A stretch of 64,000 bases of DNA from Utricularia gibba (taxonomy: Eukaryota > Plantae > Magnoliophyta), in NCBI GenBank assembly GCA_002189035.1, contig NEEC01000021.1, positions 1,652,416 through 1,716,415 on the forward strand, written 5' to 3'. The position numbers and the translations under genes are program-made. Below the pieces are notes generated by a model. It made no database searches. It worked only from the letters and a program-made list of their open reading frames with translations, and was not told where the DNA came from. Positions 13,395 to 25,959 of the stretch are shown one piece after another; positions within the stretch are counted from its first letter, which is position 1; every line of letters starts with the position of its first letter.

Positions 13395-16300
13395 CTACTC
13401 TAGTGCAGCAACAAGATGCTTGTCATACTCATCCAAATGATGGCTTCTTCCCAGAATTCTTCTCTGCAATACCTGCAGAGAAATAAGCTCCTGATTTGGT
13501 GAGGGTGATAGGGAGGGGAGTTTGAATGGAGGGACATCACCTTCCAAAGAGGAAATGCAGTGGTCTTGCAGCAGTGTAACTTGAACAACTCCCTCATACT
13601 GCTGTGGGCAACACAGAATCAGGGAAGTGAAACCAATCAAGTTTTGGATTCCTAGACATTGATTATAGAAACGAATTTCTACTTACCCACGTTTGGCTTC
13701 ATCTCTGGAGAATTCTCCATTAGCTTCGTGGGATCCCGCCATATCCTGTTTTGCTTCACACTCTGCACTTGTGCTGATTGCCAATGCGTTCCCATTGCTG
13801 TCCCGGATGATCTTCAGAAGCCCTTTTCCATGGCAGCACGACGGGCAGTGTGTTTCAGGACAACTAGAGCCACTTGGCATGATACCAGGAGATGAATCCG
13901 AGATAACTGATGAAGCATTGCTCCTACTACTCTGAGAGGCAAACTGTGACATGAGATGAACTCTTCTTGAGCAGTTAAACAAGCAGAACGTTGGCTTCTT
14001 CAACTGCCCATTTCTGCTGGAAGAAATACCAGCAAGGTTTACCCTCAGTTCCACGTTGTACCCCACCACCTGCTGTAGCGCACCAGCTATTACCTTCCAT
14101 GACTTTTCAGCCTTCGCAACATAATCAGGGAAATCAAATTCTAGTTCAGCCACTGCTATTCCTGCATCTGAAGAAGAAACTTCAATGAAGCAGTATGACG
14201 TTTTGCAGAACCCTCATTAGTATCTTTCTTCCCGTGGTAGGAATCAATGGTAAGGTTAGGGAAGAGTTACCATGGGCGATGCGAATGGATACCAACTTTC
14301 CCCTTTTCTGGAGGAACTTCTTGAGGGAGTTGACTGTGCACAACTGAATGGCTCTCCTCCAAACAAATTCAAGAGTCTCTATGTCATCTTGCAAACCAAT
14401 TCCCGTTTCAATATCGTCAGAAGCATATGGGAAGATATGCTTTGAACTTTCAATGGTTGAAGATGTTCTCTGAAGGTTTCCATCTGCATAATCCAACTTC
14501 GACTCAGATAAAGGAACAAATCACCAGACTTCTCATCAAAGGATCAATGAGCTGCAAAGCTTGTTATTATGCTCACCTTGGCATGGTGATCTCACGCTGA
14601 ATTTTGGACCATTAACATCGTGAGGAGATCCAACAGAGCTTAGCTGGAGAAGGGTTGCAGTGAGCCAAGTGATTTGATTCTTTGAAGCTCTCAACTGCTT
14701 CTCAGCTTGTGAGAGCATCTTCAGTGCCTGACTTAGCTGCTGCACATTGGCTTCAGCTGTTGAGGAAAAAAAACCATGCACAAATTGAAAAGGTCAACGA
14801 AACTTCGAATACATTAATGGAATTGGGATTGAGAAACTTACAGACATCACTACCATAGACATTTGATGCCGGGCACACTTCTCCATCTGTAGATTTTCCA
14901 GCAAGAATGTCCATTATGAGGTTGGCCAACTGTGCTATGAGTTGTAAAGGATCTATTCTAGAACTCATTAGCTCTCTGGCCTTCTTTACAGTGTTTGCAG
15001 CATCACGCGACAGAGCAGTGTGCAGCAAATCAAGCAATTCTTCATCAGAGACAGCCCCAATCTGCAGAGTGTTCAATCTAGACAACGACAACGATAAAAA
15101 ATAAAAGGTAAGGCAGGCTGATGAATTTGATGCTTACAAGTTCATGAACCAAAGGCAGAGTGATCTTTCTTCCAAGCAAACTCAGTTGATCAAGTGTCAT
15201 TTCAGCATCGCGAAGTGAACCATTCGATTTTGCTGCAATGAAGTTAAGAGCTTGCTGATCGAACTCGAGGCCTTCTACAATACATATCTTATTCAACATT
15301 CTAGCAATTTCACTTTCTTCAACCTTTGAAAAATGAAACTTCAGAGCCTTAGTTACGACTGTCTGAGGGAGTTTGTCAAGGGTAGGAGCGACCATCAAGA
15401 AAACCACATGACGAGGGAGATCATCAAGAGAGGTCATGATAGCCGCCCATGCTTTTCGAGATAACATATGGCATTCTTCAAAGATATACACCTTAAATCT
15501 TGACTCAGTCGGAGGGATTCCAATGTCCTTGATGAAGCATTTACACTGCTCGAGTTTATTCACTCTCCTTGGCTCGATATGCTTAACATCCCTACTCCTT
15601 CCTGAAAACAGCTTAGTACATTCTCGGCAACGACCACAGGGTCTGTTAACCTCATCAGAGAGACAGTTCAAGGCAGCAGCAAATACTTTCGCCACTGATG
15701 ATTTCCCTGTTCCACTTGGGCCGTAGAAGAGATACAAAGAAGATATCTTCTGATGAGAAATCGCACTCATCAGAGACGCTGCTACACCATTCTGCCCCAC
15801 CAATTCCTTAAATGACTTTGGCATAAACTTTTGGCATAGATTTCTAGGACTTGCATTAGACACTGTACCCCCCTCATGTAGCACTAATTGTCCAGAATTT
15901 CCTAACAGTAGATTCCGTTCTTCAGCGTCATAGTCTCCAAACTTACTATTCCTTGACCAACAACTGCTTAAACCGCAGCCCTGATGACAAGAATCCATGA
16001 TAGCATCTCTGTTCCGGTAGGCATTAATCGAAGCTACAAGCATTGATCGTTGTCTCATAGGTTTACCAGTTGACAAGCAGGGACTTCCTGTGCAACTCAT
16101 AACATCACCAGCTTTAGCTCCAAACAATGTGTCAAGCTTCTTATCCCAATCTCTGCACGTGGAATCCGTACACAGTTCCTTCTCCAGTTGACTCACTATT
16201 TCATCATGTTCATCACATGAAGCTCCACCTTCTTCACAATCAGCACCAAATGTCAGGCCATAATCCATCACATTTTCTTCATGCTCCATTTTTACATCAG

Positions 16301-16553
16301 AGATGGTAGCAGGCAGCGGCCTCGAGCCGAAAGACAGTTTATAGTCCGTCACCTTCTTCTCTAATCCTCTCCATCTCTGACCATTGGTTTCCTCTCCAAG
16401 AAGTCTATTTTCTGTTTCCAAATTCGAACTCTCGACTAAGGCTGAAAATTTGCTCATCGAGTTAGTCTCAGGATCACGAAGTGACCTCACTCTCCGAAGT
16501 GCCACCAGTGTTTTAGTTATCGGAAGATCAATAGAATGGCGGCGGCCATCCAT
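13395..16553 (-). CDS. STICHEL-like 2 (DNA pol III gamma/tau-like AAA+ protein), multi-exon
   Basis: The N-terminus is RRHSIDLPITKTLVALRRVRSLRDP. Later motifs are QKFMPKSFKELVGQ, Walker A GPSGTGKS, AAALNC with a Cys cluster, GSLRDAEMTLDQLSLL and ASKNQITWLTATLLQL. The last small exons are less certain. Confidence 0.88.
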
Positions 16554-17239
16554 TCCAACAAAATATTTTCAGATCCAGGAAACGCAGTAACAAATGCTGC
16601 AAGAAAACTTAAAACATGAACATCAAAGATTCAGATAACACATAATCAATGAGAGCAAAAAGGACAAAGGCACATGAAAGTTGAAACTTAGGCATCAACA
16701 TGAAGGTAACTCCCGTGGTCCATTCAATTATTGAACCACTTTCACTTCCACCAATCTAGAGTTCACCCCATTACAGCTATATCCGCCGATACATTGACGT
16801 TGGAAACAAATTTTAGTACCTTTGTTTCTTCTCAGAAGCACACAGCTGTAAAGCCGGAAGCCGGCGGGATACACCCAGAAAACAGAGCCACCGAGAAAGC
16901 TATCCAAAGCAAAACCGGCCAAGCATTTTCTACAATGTGGAAATGAGGGAAAGCGATGTGCAAAAACGCAGTCTTTTTGAAACGAAAAAGTCGGATTGAG
17001 CGAAAATGTCTGCTTTTTTGAAGCGATTTTTCCAAAGGAAACACGGGACCAAGAGCAGGAGCCTCTTCTCGCTATGAAAAAGAACCCATTAATCGCATCT
17101 GTCAAGACATTCACCCGCCCTTGAAAATCAACACCACTGAAAAACAAGGTATATACTGCACGAGCAACCTCGGGCTGGGTGCTCGACAGGGAGGTATGTT
17201 GCGACAGTAAATGTTATTAATGGGCAGGAGGGGTAAGCT

Positions 17240-17363
17240 GCATTGCTCATATTCAAATGCAAAGCAAAAGATTGTCTTTTTCCATTCAAGAAGATAATCA
17301 GCATTGCTCATATTCAAATGCGAAGCAAATGATTTTGTCTTTATCCGCTGAAGAGGATAATCA
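17240..17363. repeat. Imperfect tandem duplication (two ~61-63 bp units)
   Basis: Both units begin with the identical 21-mer GCATTGCTCATATTCAAATGC (17240 and 17301) and end in ...GATAATCA. Confidence 0.85.
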
Positions 17364-18058
17364 GAGGGCCGACATATTTGTAACTTGATTTTTTAATTAG
17401 GTTACTTGTTTGTACATTCAAATTCAGATTTCAGATGCAATCTCATCTCTTTTCAGGGCTTTACCCCATCCCTGTGGCTGTGTGGGTGTATGTGTATTTA
17501 CCACTCCTTTGACTGCAAATTCAGACAGCGCTTTGGCCACATCTTCCTTATACCAGTCATGGCGTCTGGGCCTGCCTGCCTGCCCGCAGTAACATGAGTA
17601 GCAAAAACACCCGCGCCACCCTTTAAATTTGGTGAGCCGTAAATTTCTCCATTGCAGATAGTATGCAATAAAAAAAATAAAAAAAACGGATCTTCAGCCT
17701 ATTTTCATTGATGAAACGACACACTACGCAACATAATGTCGAAGTGATCTGCTCTGAATGGAGCAGGCAAAATTTACCCGCCTGCGTGAACAGTCACTGT
17801 ATGGGCCTATATTTCTCTTGCATGCTGAACATCGCATGGCCCACACGTCGGCCCATTGAATCCCCTCCTTTATTTATTTTTTATTCTATCGAACATTTCT
17901 TTTCTTTTTTTTCGCTGAAAAAGTTGAATTTAAAAATCTGAAAAAGATCAATTTTTCTGTGCAGACAATCACAACAAGACATTATGTTTTTCTTCCGGTC
18001 CAAAGCGGAAGTGCTCCCGCGCAGTGAATGTATTATAACTGAACAGTTGTTACCCAGA

Positions 18059-18078
18059 ATCCATCCATCCATCCATCC
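18059..18078. repeat. (ATCC)5 microsatellite
   Basis: The sequence reads ATCCATCCATCCATCCATCC. Confidence 0.8.
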
Positions 18079-19234
18079 CATCTCTGCGCTTGATTCCACA
18101 GACAAGTTACAGGCGGGGGTTGGTTGTCGTGGAAGAAGAACCTGGAAATTTTTCTGCTTAAAGATATGATCACAGAAATTCGTTGTGGTATGGGAGTTGC
18201 AATTGGGACAATCCTTCACTTTCAGCTGGTTGATTTAGAGTCCTCAGGACAACCATTTATGGCGGCACTGGCGCGATTCAGTTGGCGTTTTGGGGCCAAC
18301 GCAACGCATGTGCTGTTGTTCTTTCACGTTTCCACGTTCAACGGGGAAGTCCCTGTTTCCATGCATAAAAACCCTAAAACCCCGCAAAGTCAAGATTCAT
18401 GAATACATGCAAATTTTGTTGTTTCCTTGTTTATGCTGTGAAATCAACCCGATTGCCTTCATCGCAGACATATTTCGTGAACATCGAGGATACCAAAAAA
18501 AAAGAAAGAACTTTTGTCCGAAGATAACAACATTAATCTTAAAAACCATTTTTGAAAAGTTGGTGTTATGTGGCATGAATGAAAAGGGGGCTACTCCTTT
18601 TCCAAAGCAGAATAATTTGGCCCCATCCCCCAGGCGCATTTCCTTTCCATTCCCTGAACGCCGTGGTCAATAAGTCCCCTTGGATTCTAGTTCTCCTTAT
18701 CTGTTCAGGCGGCCACAATCCACCGGTCGGACGGGATTAGTATTAAAACAACAAATTTCATATCAGGATTTGAAATCGAAATAGACAACTATATTAGAAA
18801 TAATGTAATCTGTATTTATTATGTATTTAAGTTTTACATTATTCCACACATGCATCTTACACTTCATTTCAACAATTAGTAACAATTAGTGGACACACAA
18901 TCACACACACACAGAAATTAAAGCCTTAGTCAAGGGTCCGCTTTGCTTTTAGGGGAGTGGGAGTAATGACGGATTTATAAGGCTTCGACTTTTGTGTGTT
19001 GTTTTGCAAGGAAAGTGGCGATGGAGAATCTCCCTCATAATCTGGAGGGAATCCACCGACGCTCAGTTAATGGGGGCTCTCTCAGGGTAACCCACAAAAA
19101 TCTTGGATTGCGGGGCCCATTCCCTCCCTTTTTTTTTCCATTAATTATACACAATAATTGTCATTTATAAATTCCGGATTCCACTCCTCGCTTCCCTGCC
19201 CTGCCCTACCCGCTCTCTGAATCCTTCGTCTGCG

Positions 19235-20759
19235 ATGGAGAACCAACGCCTCCTCTTCCTCCTCCTTATACTTGTCTTCACGGCCACCTCCGTCGCTGCA
19301 ACTCGTCCAGATCCTGAGCTCGTCATTCAGGAGGTTCAGAGGAAGCTGAACGAGTCACGGAGGAGACTAGGGTTCCTGACTTGCAACACCGGGAACTCCA
19401 TCGACGACTGCTGGCGGTGCGACCCCAACTGGGAGCAGAATCGTCAGAGGTTAGCAGATTGCGGGATTGGGTTCGGGAAAGACGCCGTCGGAGGCCGCGA
19501 CGGGAAGATTTACGTCGTCACGGATTCCAGCGACGACGACCCGGTGAACCCGAAACCGGGGACTCTTCGGTGGGGAGTCATCCAAGATGAGCCGTTGTGG
19601 ATCATATTCTCCAGCGATATGGTGATACAGTTGAAGGAAGAACTCATAATGAATTCGTTCAAGACGATCGACGGCCGGGGCGCCAATGTACATATATCCG
19701 GCGGCCCTTGCATCACTATTCAGTACGTGACCAACATCATCATTCACGGCCTGCATATACATGACTGCAAGCAAGGCGGGAATGCCATGGTGCGGGACTC
19801 CCCGAAACACTACGGGTGGAGAACGATATCCGACGGCGACGGCGTGTCCATCTTCGGGGCGAGCCACGTCTGGGTGGACCATTGCACCCTATCCAACTGC
19901 GTCGACGGCTTAATCGATGCGGTGGCGGGTCGACGGCTATAACCATTTCCAATAACTATATGACCCATCACGATAAGGTCATGCTCTTGGGACACAGTGA
20001 CGAGTACACAAAAGACAAGGGCATGCAGGTCACTGTTGCCTTCAACCACTTTGGAGAAGGTCTGGTACAAAGAATGCCAAGGTATGCACTCATGCATGCA
20101 CCACATACTGGTCAATCTGTCCCTGGGGTTTGGAAGTTGCAGGTGCAAGCCTGAACCTTGCCATGTTTTCAGGTGTAGGCATGGGAACTTCCACATAGTC
20201 AACAACGACTACACGCACTGGGAAATGTACGCGATCGGAGGGAGCGCCAATCCGACGATCAACAGTCAAGGGAATAGGTTTCTTGCTCCGGATGATGAAT
20301 CCAAAAAAGAGGTTAGATGCTGAGTCTGACCAAATCTAGGATTGGGTAGGCGATGGAAGAACAGCAAAAACAAAACAACACAAAAAAAAAAAAACACACA
20401 CACACACAGGGTTTTACTACGACAAAATATTGGTCAAAAAATCTAATAAATTATGACCTGCCCGTTACGCCAGGGCGCTCAAGTAAAGGGATGTACGTTA
20501 GGCAAATTCGGTTGACTACAAAAGTGTTGGGCGTGCAGGTAACGAAGCACGAGAACGCTTCCGAGAGCGAGTGGAAGAATTGGAACTGGAGGAGCGACGG
20601 TGACTTGATGCTGAACGGGGCCTTTTTTGTTGCCTCAGGGTCTGGGTCGCCCGCTGCCTACCCAAGGGCGACGAGTATGACGGCGCACTCTTCCGCAATG
20701 GTGGCCTCCATTACTTCCAGCGCAGGCGCACTCGACTGTAAGAAGGGGCGCCCTGCTAG
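19235..20759 (+). CDS. Pectate lyase (PL1), secreted; two apparent -1 indels (19927-19929, 20751-20753)
   Basis: There is a signal peptide, then [67 protein letters not shown] and [16 protein letters not shown]. One added base at each site restores AGSTAITIS and the C-terminal CKKGRPC*. Confidence 0.92.
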
Positions 20760-21216
20760 CCCTGCCACCGCCCACCACCCCCCCCCCCCCCCTTTTTATT
20801 TTTATTTTTAAAAAAGTAAGCTTTTGACTTGCAATAAAGTACTTAGCTACAACCTCGACATGCTTCTCTCAAAGTGCGAGAGATACATAAGCATGGGCTG
20901 AAGTGTTGACTTCATGTATTCTGCCTTCTCAGAAATATTATAGCCATTTACTAATGCGTTTTGGGTGTACGTTGAAATCATGTATTACGATAATTAATCA
21001 GCAGCATCAGGATGATTAATCAGAAAGCTAAGCATCTCTTCGCGGGCTGCCGCGCGGTTCTTGGGACTTTTACGTGGCACGATAGAAAACTACCACGTGT
21101 TCGAACAAGGTCTCGTTGACCAAGTCAGAATAAATTTTGTCCGCGTACAGAGAATATATATATAGAGAAGTTAAAAGTCATGGTGCAGAGGAGGTTGACG
21201 AAAACAATCTTCAGCA

Positions 21217-21865
21217 ATGAGCTCTGCAAACCCTGCTTCCGAGCCCGACGCGGATGCTCCGGTGGAGCCAAATCTGGAGTTAGCACAATTCGCCGCCGGC
21301 TGTTTCTGGGGTGTGGAGTTGGCATTTCAGAGAGTGGAAGGTGTGGTGAAGACGGAAGTGGGTTATTCACAGGGCCACGTTCATAACCCCACCTACACCT
21401 TGGTTTGCGCCGGACGCACCAGCCACGCCGAGGTTGTTCGTATCCATTACGACCCCAATCGTTGCCCCTACACCACCTTGCTCGATGTTTTTTGGGGAAA
21501 GCATGATCCCACAACCCTCAATCGTCAGGTTTGTTCATCAAACCTCGGAAAGATGTAATCTTGATTGGGGAATCTTGCTGCGATGTATCAAGATCTTGTT
21601 TTGTGCCCAGGGGAATGACGTTGGAAGCCAATACCGATCAGGGATATACTATTACAGCGAGAAGCAGGCTGAATTAGCTCGTGAATCACTGGAACTGAAG
21701 CAGAAAGAGATCAATAGAAAGATAATCGTGACAGAGATTCTTCCGGCAAAGAGGTTTTACAGGGCAGAGGAATATCACCAGCAGTATTTGGAGAAGGGCG
21801 GAAGAAATGGGAGGAAGCAGTCTGCTGCTAAGGGCTGTGATGATCCAATCAGATGCTACGGTTGA
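21217..21865 (+). CDS. Peptide methionine sulfoxide reductase A (cytosolic-type MsrA), 2 exons: 21217-21528, 21611-21865
   Basis: Motifs are [45 protein letters not shown] and [11 protein letters not shown]. There is no transit peptide. Confidence 0.95.
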
Positions 21866-22235
21866 TCCTTGTGCATCTGGGGTGCGTTAGTATCATATGC
21901 TGCTATAAGAATCGTGTGGTCTCTATGTTTGCTGCATAAACGGTATACGTGCCTGTGAACTAACGCTGTCGTCAGCGTTTATGATATACTTATCATTCAG
22001 TATTTGAGGAATTTGAATTCTTGTTCAAGTACATGACCCTACTCAGTGTTCAGAGTTCGATATTCTGCGATGGTCCGCGGAGTTCTTCGTAATGCTTCCA
22101 TAGTTAACCCTCATGAATATAAGAACCCCTATGCAGTATGAGCAAGAAACAGAAGCAAAAGAAACAAAAAAAGTTTTTCCAATGAGTTCGGTAGTGTAAA
22201 ATGATAAGTAGGACTGACTGCACTGCCCGTTGGAC

Positions 22236-23636
22236 TCAGAAGCCACCACGCCTTGGCCGGGATTCGGCAACATTAACTCTGATGGCTCTCCCATCCAAGC
22301 TCTGTGAGTCATTCATGGAAAAGCATCAAAACCCACAATTCTAAATGATTTGATTTCAGTACAGGTGCAATACTATCATGAGAAAGATTCATGTGGAATT
22401 CCTAGAGTTGTGGATCTGAGTGATGAAATGGATGTTGTGTGACAATTGTAGAAACGGATACCTGTCCATCGAGATTAGCAATGGCATCATTCATCTCGGA
22501 TTCGCTGGCCATCACCACGAAACCAAAACCCCGTGATCTCCCAGTCTCTCTATCAGACACCACCAGAGCACTCACAACTTTCCCATGTTCACTGAAAAGT
22601 TGCTCAAGGCGGTCCTGGTTGATATTCCACGGCAAATTGCCAACATATATTCTGTTAGAACCTTCAGAAACCCGAGGAGGACGCTCAACCCTTGATCCTT
22701 TGGGAGCAGCTTTGCTAACTGTAAGAAATCTGCCACCCAAATCCTGCTTGAAAGACACATGAATGAATGAATGATAGCCTACTTTGCTTTGCTAACTTTT
22801 TGAAATCTGCCACCCAAACCCCCAAAAAGGTGACACTTTGATGAATCGATACCAAACTTAGCAGATAAAACACAATCAAGTCAACATATGGAACTTACAT
22901 ATCGGTGGAACATTTCCACGGCCCTCTCAGTTTCTTCAGGCGTGCTCATTGTCACAAAACCGAAACCTCTGCTCCGGTCAGTATCTCTGTTATAGATAAC
23001 CTGCAACGCAACAGTCATCCCAAGTAAATCCTGTACGTTTCTTGTTATCGAAAAGACTTTTGAACCAACTCTACATACTAAATTCAGGAACATTTTACTG
23101 CTAGATGAAAGAAACGCAAACAATGAAGCAAAAAATCCAATCCTAATGCTTACCTCAGCAACTTCCACCACGCCAGCCTCCTCAAAAAGCTTAGCTAGGC
23201 TCTCACTATCTACATCATATGGCAAGTTTCCAACATAAACCTTCAACTCTTCCGATGGCTCAGAAAACGCATCGCCCTCGTTGGTATCCCCTGCATTTTC
23301 TTCTTGTTCCTCGGTCTCATTTTCCGGCTCAACCCAATTGAAGCTCCCTTCATACTCTTGCTCCTCCAGAAGAACGGGATTGCTCTCCTCCCGTTGAGCC
23401 GATATCACGGCAACTCTCATGATGGGTTCTTTCTTCATCAGAAAAGAGAGAGAAGGGAGAGAAAGCGAAGAAGAGTGCGAACAAGAGATTTGGAATTTAA
23501 GGGGCTTGGCGGGAATCCCGACATGCAATTGTGAGTGGAGAGCATTTGCCGCAGCGAACGGCGCTGGCGCCGATATCAGGCATCCATTTGTGGCCATTGA
23601 CACACAATTCACCACAGATTTCGCCACGGAGACCAT
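22236..23636 (-). CDS. Chloroplast RNA-binding protein CP31-like (acidic region + 2 RRM), 4 exons; start could alternatively be at 23597
   Basis: A transit peptide and Glu-rich segment precede [21 protein letters not shown] and [17 protein letters not shown]. The last exon reads [21 protein letters not shown]. Confidence 0.9.
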
Positions 23637-24654
23637 TCTCAGCACCTGAGCAGTTCCCCTTGAAGATTTATGCAGCCGTTTTGGATGACAGGGAAGAACA
23701 AGAGATGGATAAGAAGACCCTGAGGAAGAGAAAGAGCTATTGCCGTTTGAGATATTTGGAGTCCAGTCTCTCGATGTATTCTTCCACAATTAGAAGGCCT
23801 GGGCTTTCCAAACTTATTGCAACAAACCGGCCCAAATACCCAAACTCCTTACTTGGGCTGTAAACCTTAATGCCCGTTTCATGGCCCAATATGACATCTT
23901 GTTTAAATTTTATTATTATTATAAATTTAAGCATATTTCTGGTAGAAAAATCACGAGGGGGTTGGGTATAGGGGTCTTCGGCTTCCCCAAAACTCTGAAA
24001 AAAGTTCCTATTTCTTTGGGATTTGCAGTTTTTACGCATTTTTGTGATGGATGATGACAGCTGAGCTCTCCTGGTTTCATTCATCAACAGTTGTGCATTG
24101 ATTGCGTAATGAAGAGAAGAGGACTCAATCACCTGCAATGAATAACGAGATAAAAAGAGGAAAAGGAGAAACACATGGGAATGGTCAATGGAGCCTGGGC
24201 TGGGGTTTGCAGGTTACGTATATACATCCAATCTGTCGTCTTCCCTGATCTCCCCCCAGCTGTAAAACCCAACCCTTCTCCGAATGGGGCCACCCACCAT
24301 CTCCCACTCCATGTGCTCCTGCTCGCTTCTCTTTCATACCCCCACAGATTTCCCCCTCCGGCGCGCCGTTTGTTTATATATACATGTGCCTTGGGGCTTG
24401 TCTGGTCGCGTGCCGTGAATGCCATGAGTTCAGTAAGGACATGCCTTCCCTGATAATCAGACAATCAGTAGTCTGGGATTAACTACTTGATGATGAGCAG
24501 CAGTTTGAATGCATGGGGTAGGGTGCTTGAAATTGGTTACTGTGATAAAAAAACAAGTGGTTTTCTGACTGGACTGCTATGGAATCAAATACAGCAACTC
24601 TGTGATCCTTCTTACTATTTCACCAAACACAGAAAATAATGTGTTGCACCGACT

Positions 24655-25461
24655 CTATTCCATTTTCCAGGCATAGAGAAGGACGCAGAATTCCGCCGGG
24701 GGACTCTGCGACGGCTTGAAGATGAACAAGCCGTGGCGCAATCCCCGCCTGAATATCCAGTCATGAACGTCCCAGTAGACTTCTATTCTGGATTTGATAA
24801 GGTTAATGGACTGGTTTCCTCTGAACTTCCACTGCAGATCATTCACGCGAATGACTGAAGCCCCATCGATCCGTAACTCCATCTCCGGCCTAGCTCCGCT
24901 CCTGTAATCGACAAAGATCTCGTGGAAGGTTCCATTGTCTTGAAACCTAAACCTGGTAACGAAATTTTTCCTCCCGTGGACATGCTCTTTTCTGGTAACC
25001 AAAAGAGGCTCCGTTGAGCAGAGGTTGCACCCTGTTTTTCTGTACGCTTCTTTCTTCATATCTCCCAGATTCAGCACCGCTTCTCCGTTGCAGACGACGG
25101 AAACGTAGTACTCAGATTCGGGTTCGATGTCGTTGGGAAACTTGGCTTCCCTGAGATCCCAGAAAACGTCGACGGTTCGACCGTCCAGTTGAAAGGCTTT
25201 GGAGCCCTGTTTTTTCCAGAAACTCCACGGCTTCATCTCTATCCTGCAACTGCACTGGCTCCCCGTCTCGGATGCAATCGAGACAGACAAGACGTGGAGA
25301 AGCAGATCCTTGCACCATGTCACTGCAATGAGGTGCCATTTGTCTACGATTTGGGTACGATAAACAGAGGTGACGACGCTTTGTCCTGACTTGGCGATTG
25401 CCCTGTGATTCCCTGATGAGAAGCACTCGGGGATTCCTGCAATTTCTTCGATCAGCTTCAT
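24655..25461 (-). CDS. DUF868-family protein, intronless
   Basis: Motifs are VTWCK, KPWSFWKKQGSK, VDVFWDLREAKF, RKEHVHG, LQWKFRGNQ, EVYWDVHDW and the C-terminal LYAWKME*. Confidence 0.9.
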   Translation of the reverse strand: MKLIEEIAGIPECFSSGNHRAIAKSGQSVVTSVYRTQIVDKWHLIAVTWCKDLLLHVLSVSIASETGSQCSCRIEMKPWSFWKKQGSKAFQLDGRTVDVFWDLREAKFPNDIEPESEYYVSVVCNGEAVLNLGDMKKEAYRKTGCNLCSTEPLLVTRKEHVHGRKNFVTRFRFQDNGTFHEIFVDYRSGARPEMELRIDGASVIRVNDLQWKFRGNQSINLIKSRIEVYWDVHDWIFRRGLRHGLFIFKPSQSPPAEFCVLLYAWKME

Positions 25462-25780
25462 CAAGCGCCACAGCGAATCAGGATTGAAACAGGACCATAG
25501 GCCAAAGCGACGGGGACACTCCCCTCCAGGGCTTGTTAGTTGCTACTTGGCAGATGGCCGGATTAACAGAGACTTGGATCAAAGAGCTACGTCTATGGAT
25601 ATATATATATAGAAGGTCCACCGAATCAGGAGCTATTATTATTCCCACGATCATATTCGCAATTTTAATAGTTATTATTCTCTTTGTGCAATTTTATTCT
25701 AAATTATATCCCGCATTATATTTGGGACAATTCTACAAAACCATTAATTGCGAGGACCATTGGGTTATTATGAAAAAGGT

Positions 25781-25804
25781 GGGTGGGGGGGGATGGGGTG
25801 GGGG
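25781..25804 (+). other. G-quadruplex-forming motif GGGT(G8)ATGGGGT(G5)
   Basis: There are four G-runs of at least 3 with 1-2 nt loops in the divergent DUF868/L19 promoter region. Confidence 0.6.
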
Positions 25805-25855
25805 AAGCTACTCCTCAATCCTTACCTTGAGCAACTTTTTGTGGGTCCTTACGTA

Positions 25856-25959
25856 TGGGCCTACTGGGCCGTGAATTATCACATTAAGGCCTTTTTCTTA
25901 TTATCAGGCGAGAGTTGGGGGCAATTTAGACATTCGACAGGCACAGAACAAAACCCTAA
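25856..25959 (+). promoter_or_regulatory. Site II (TGGGCC x2) plus telo-box (AAACCCTAA) module
   Basis: TGGGCC occurs at 25856 and 25865 and AAACCCTAA at 25951. This is the established module of plant ribosomal-protein and translation genes, and it lies directly upstream of the L19 gene. Confidence 0.7.

Noticed and set aside
24321-24336. GCTCGCTTCTCTTTC resembling miR156*
   Set aside because: No mature miR156/157 arm is nearby and no fold-back is evident.
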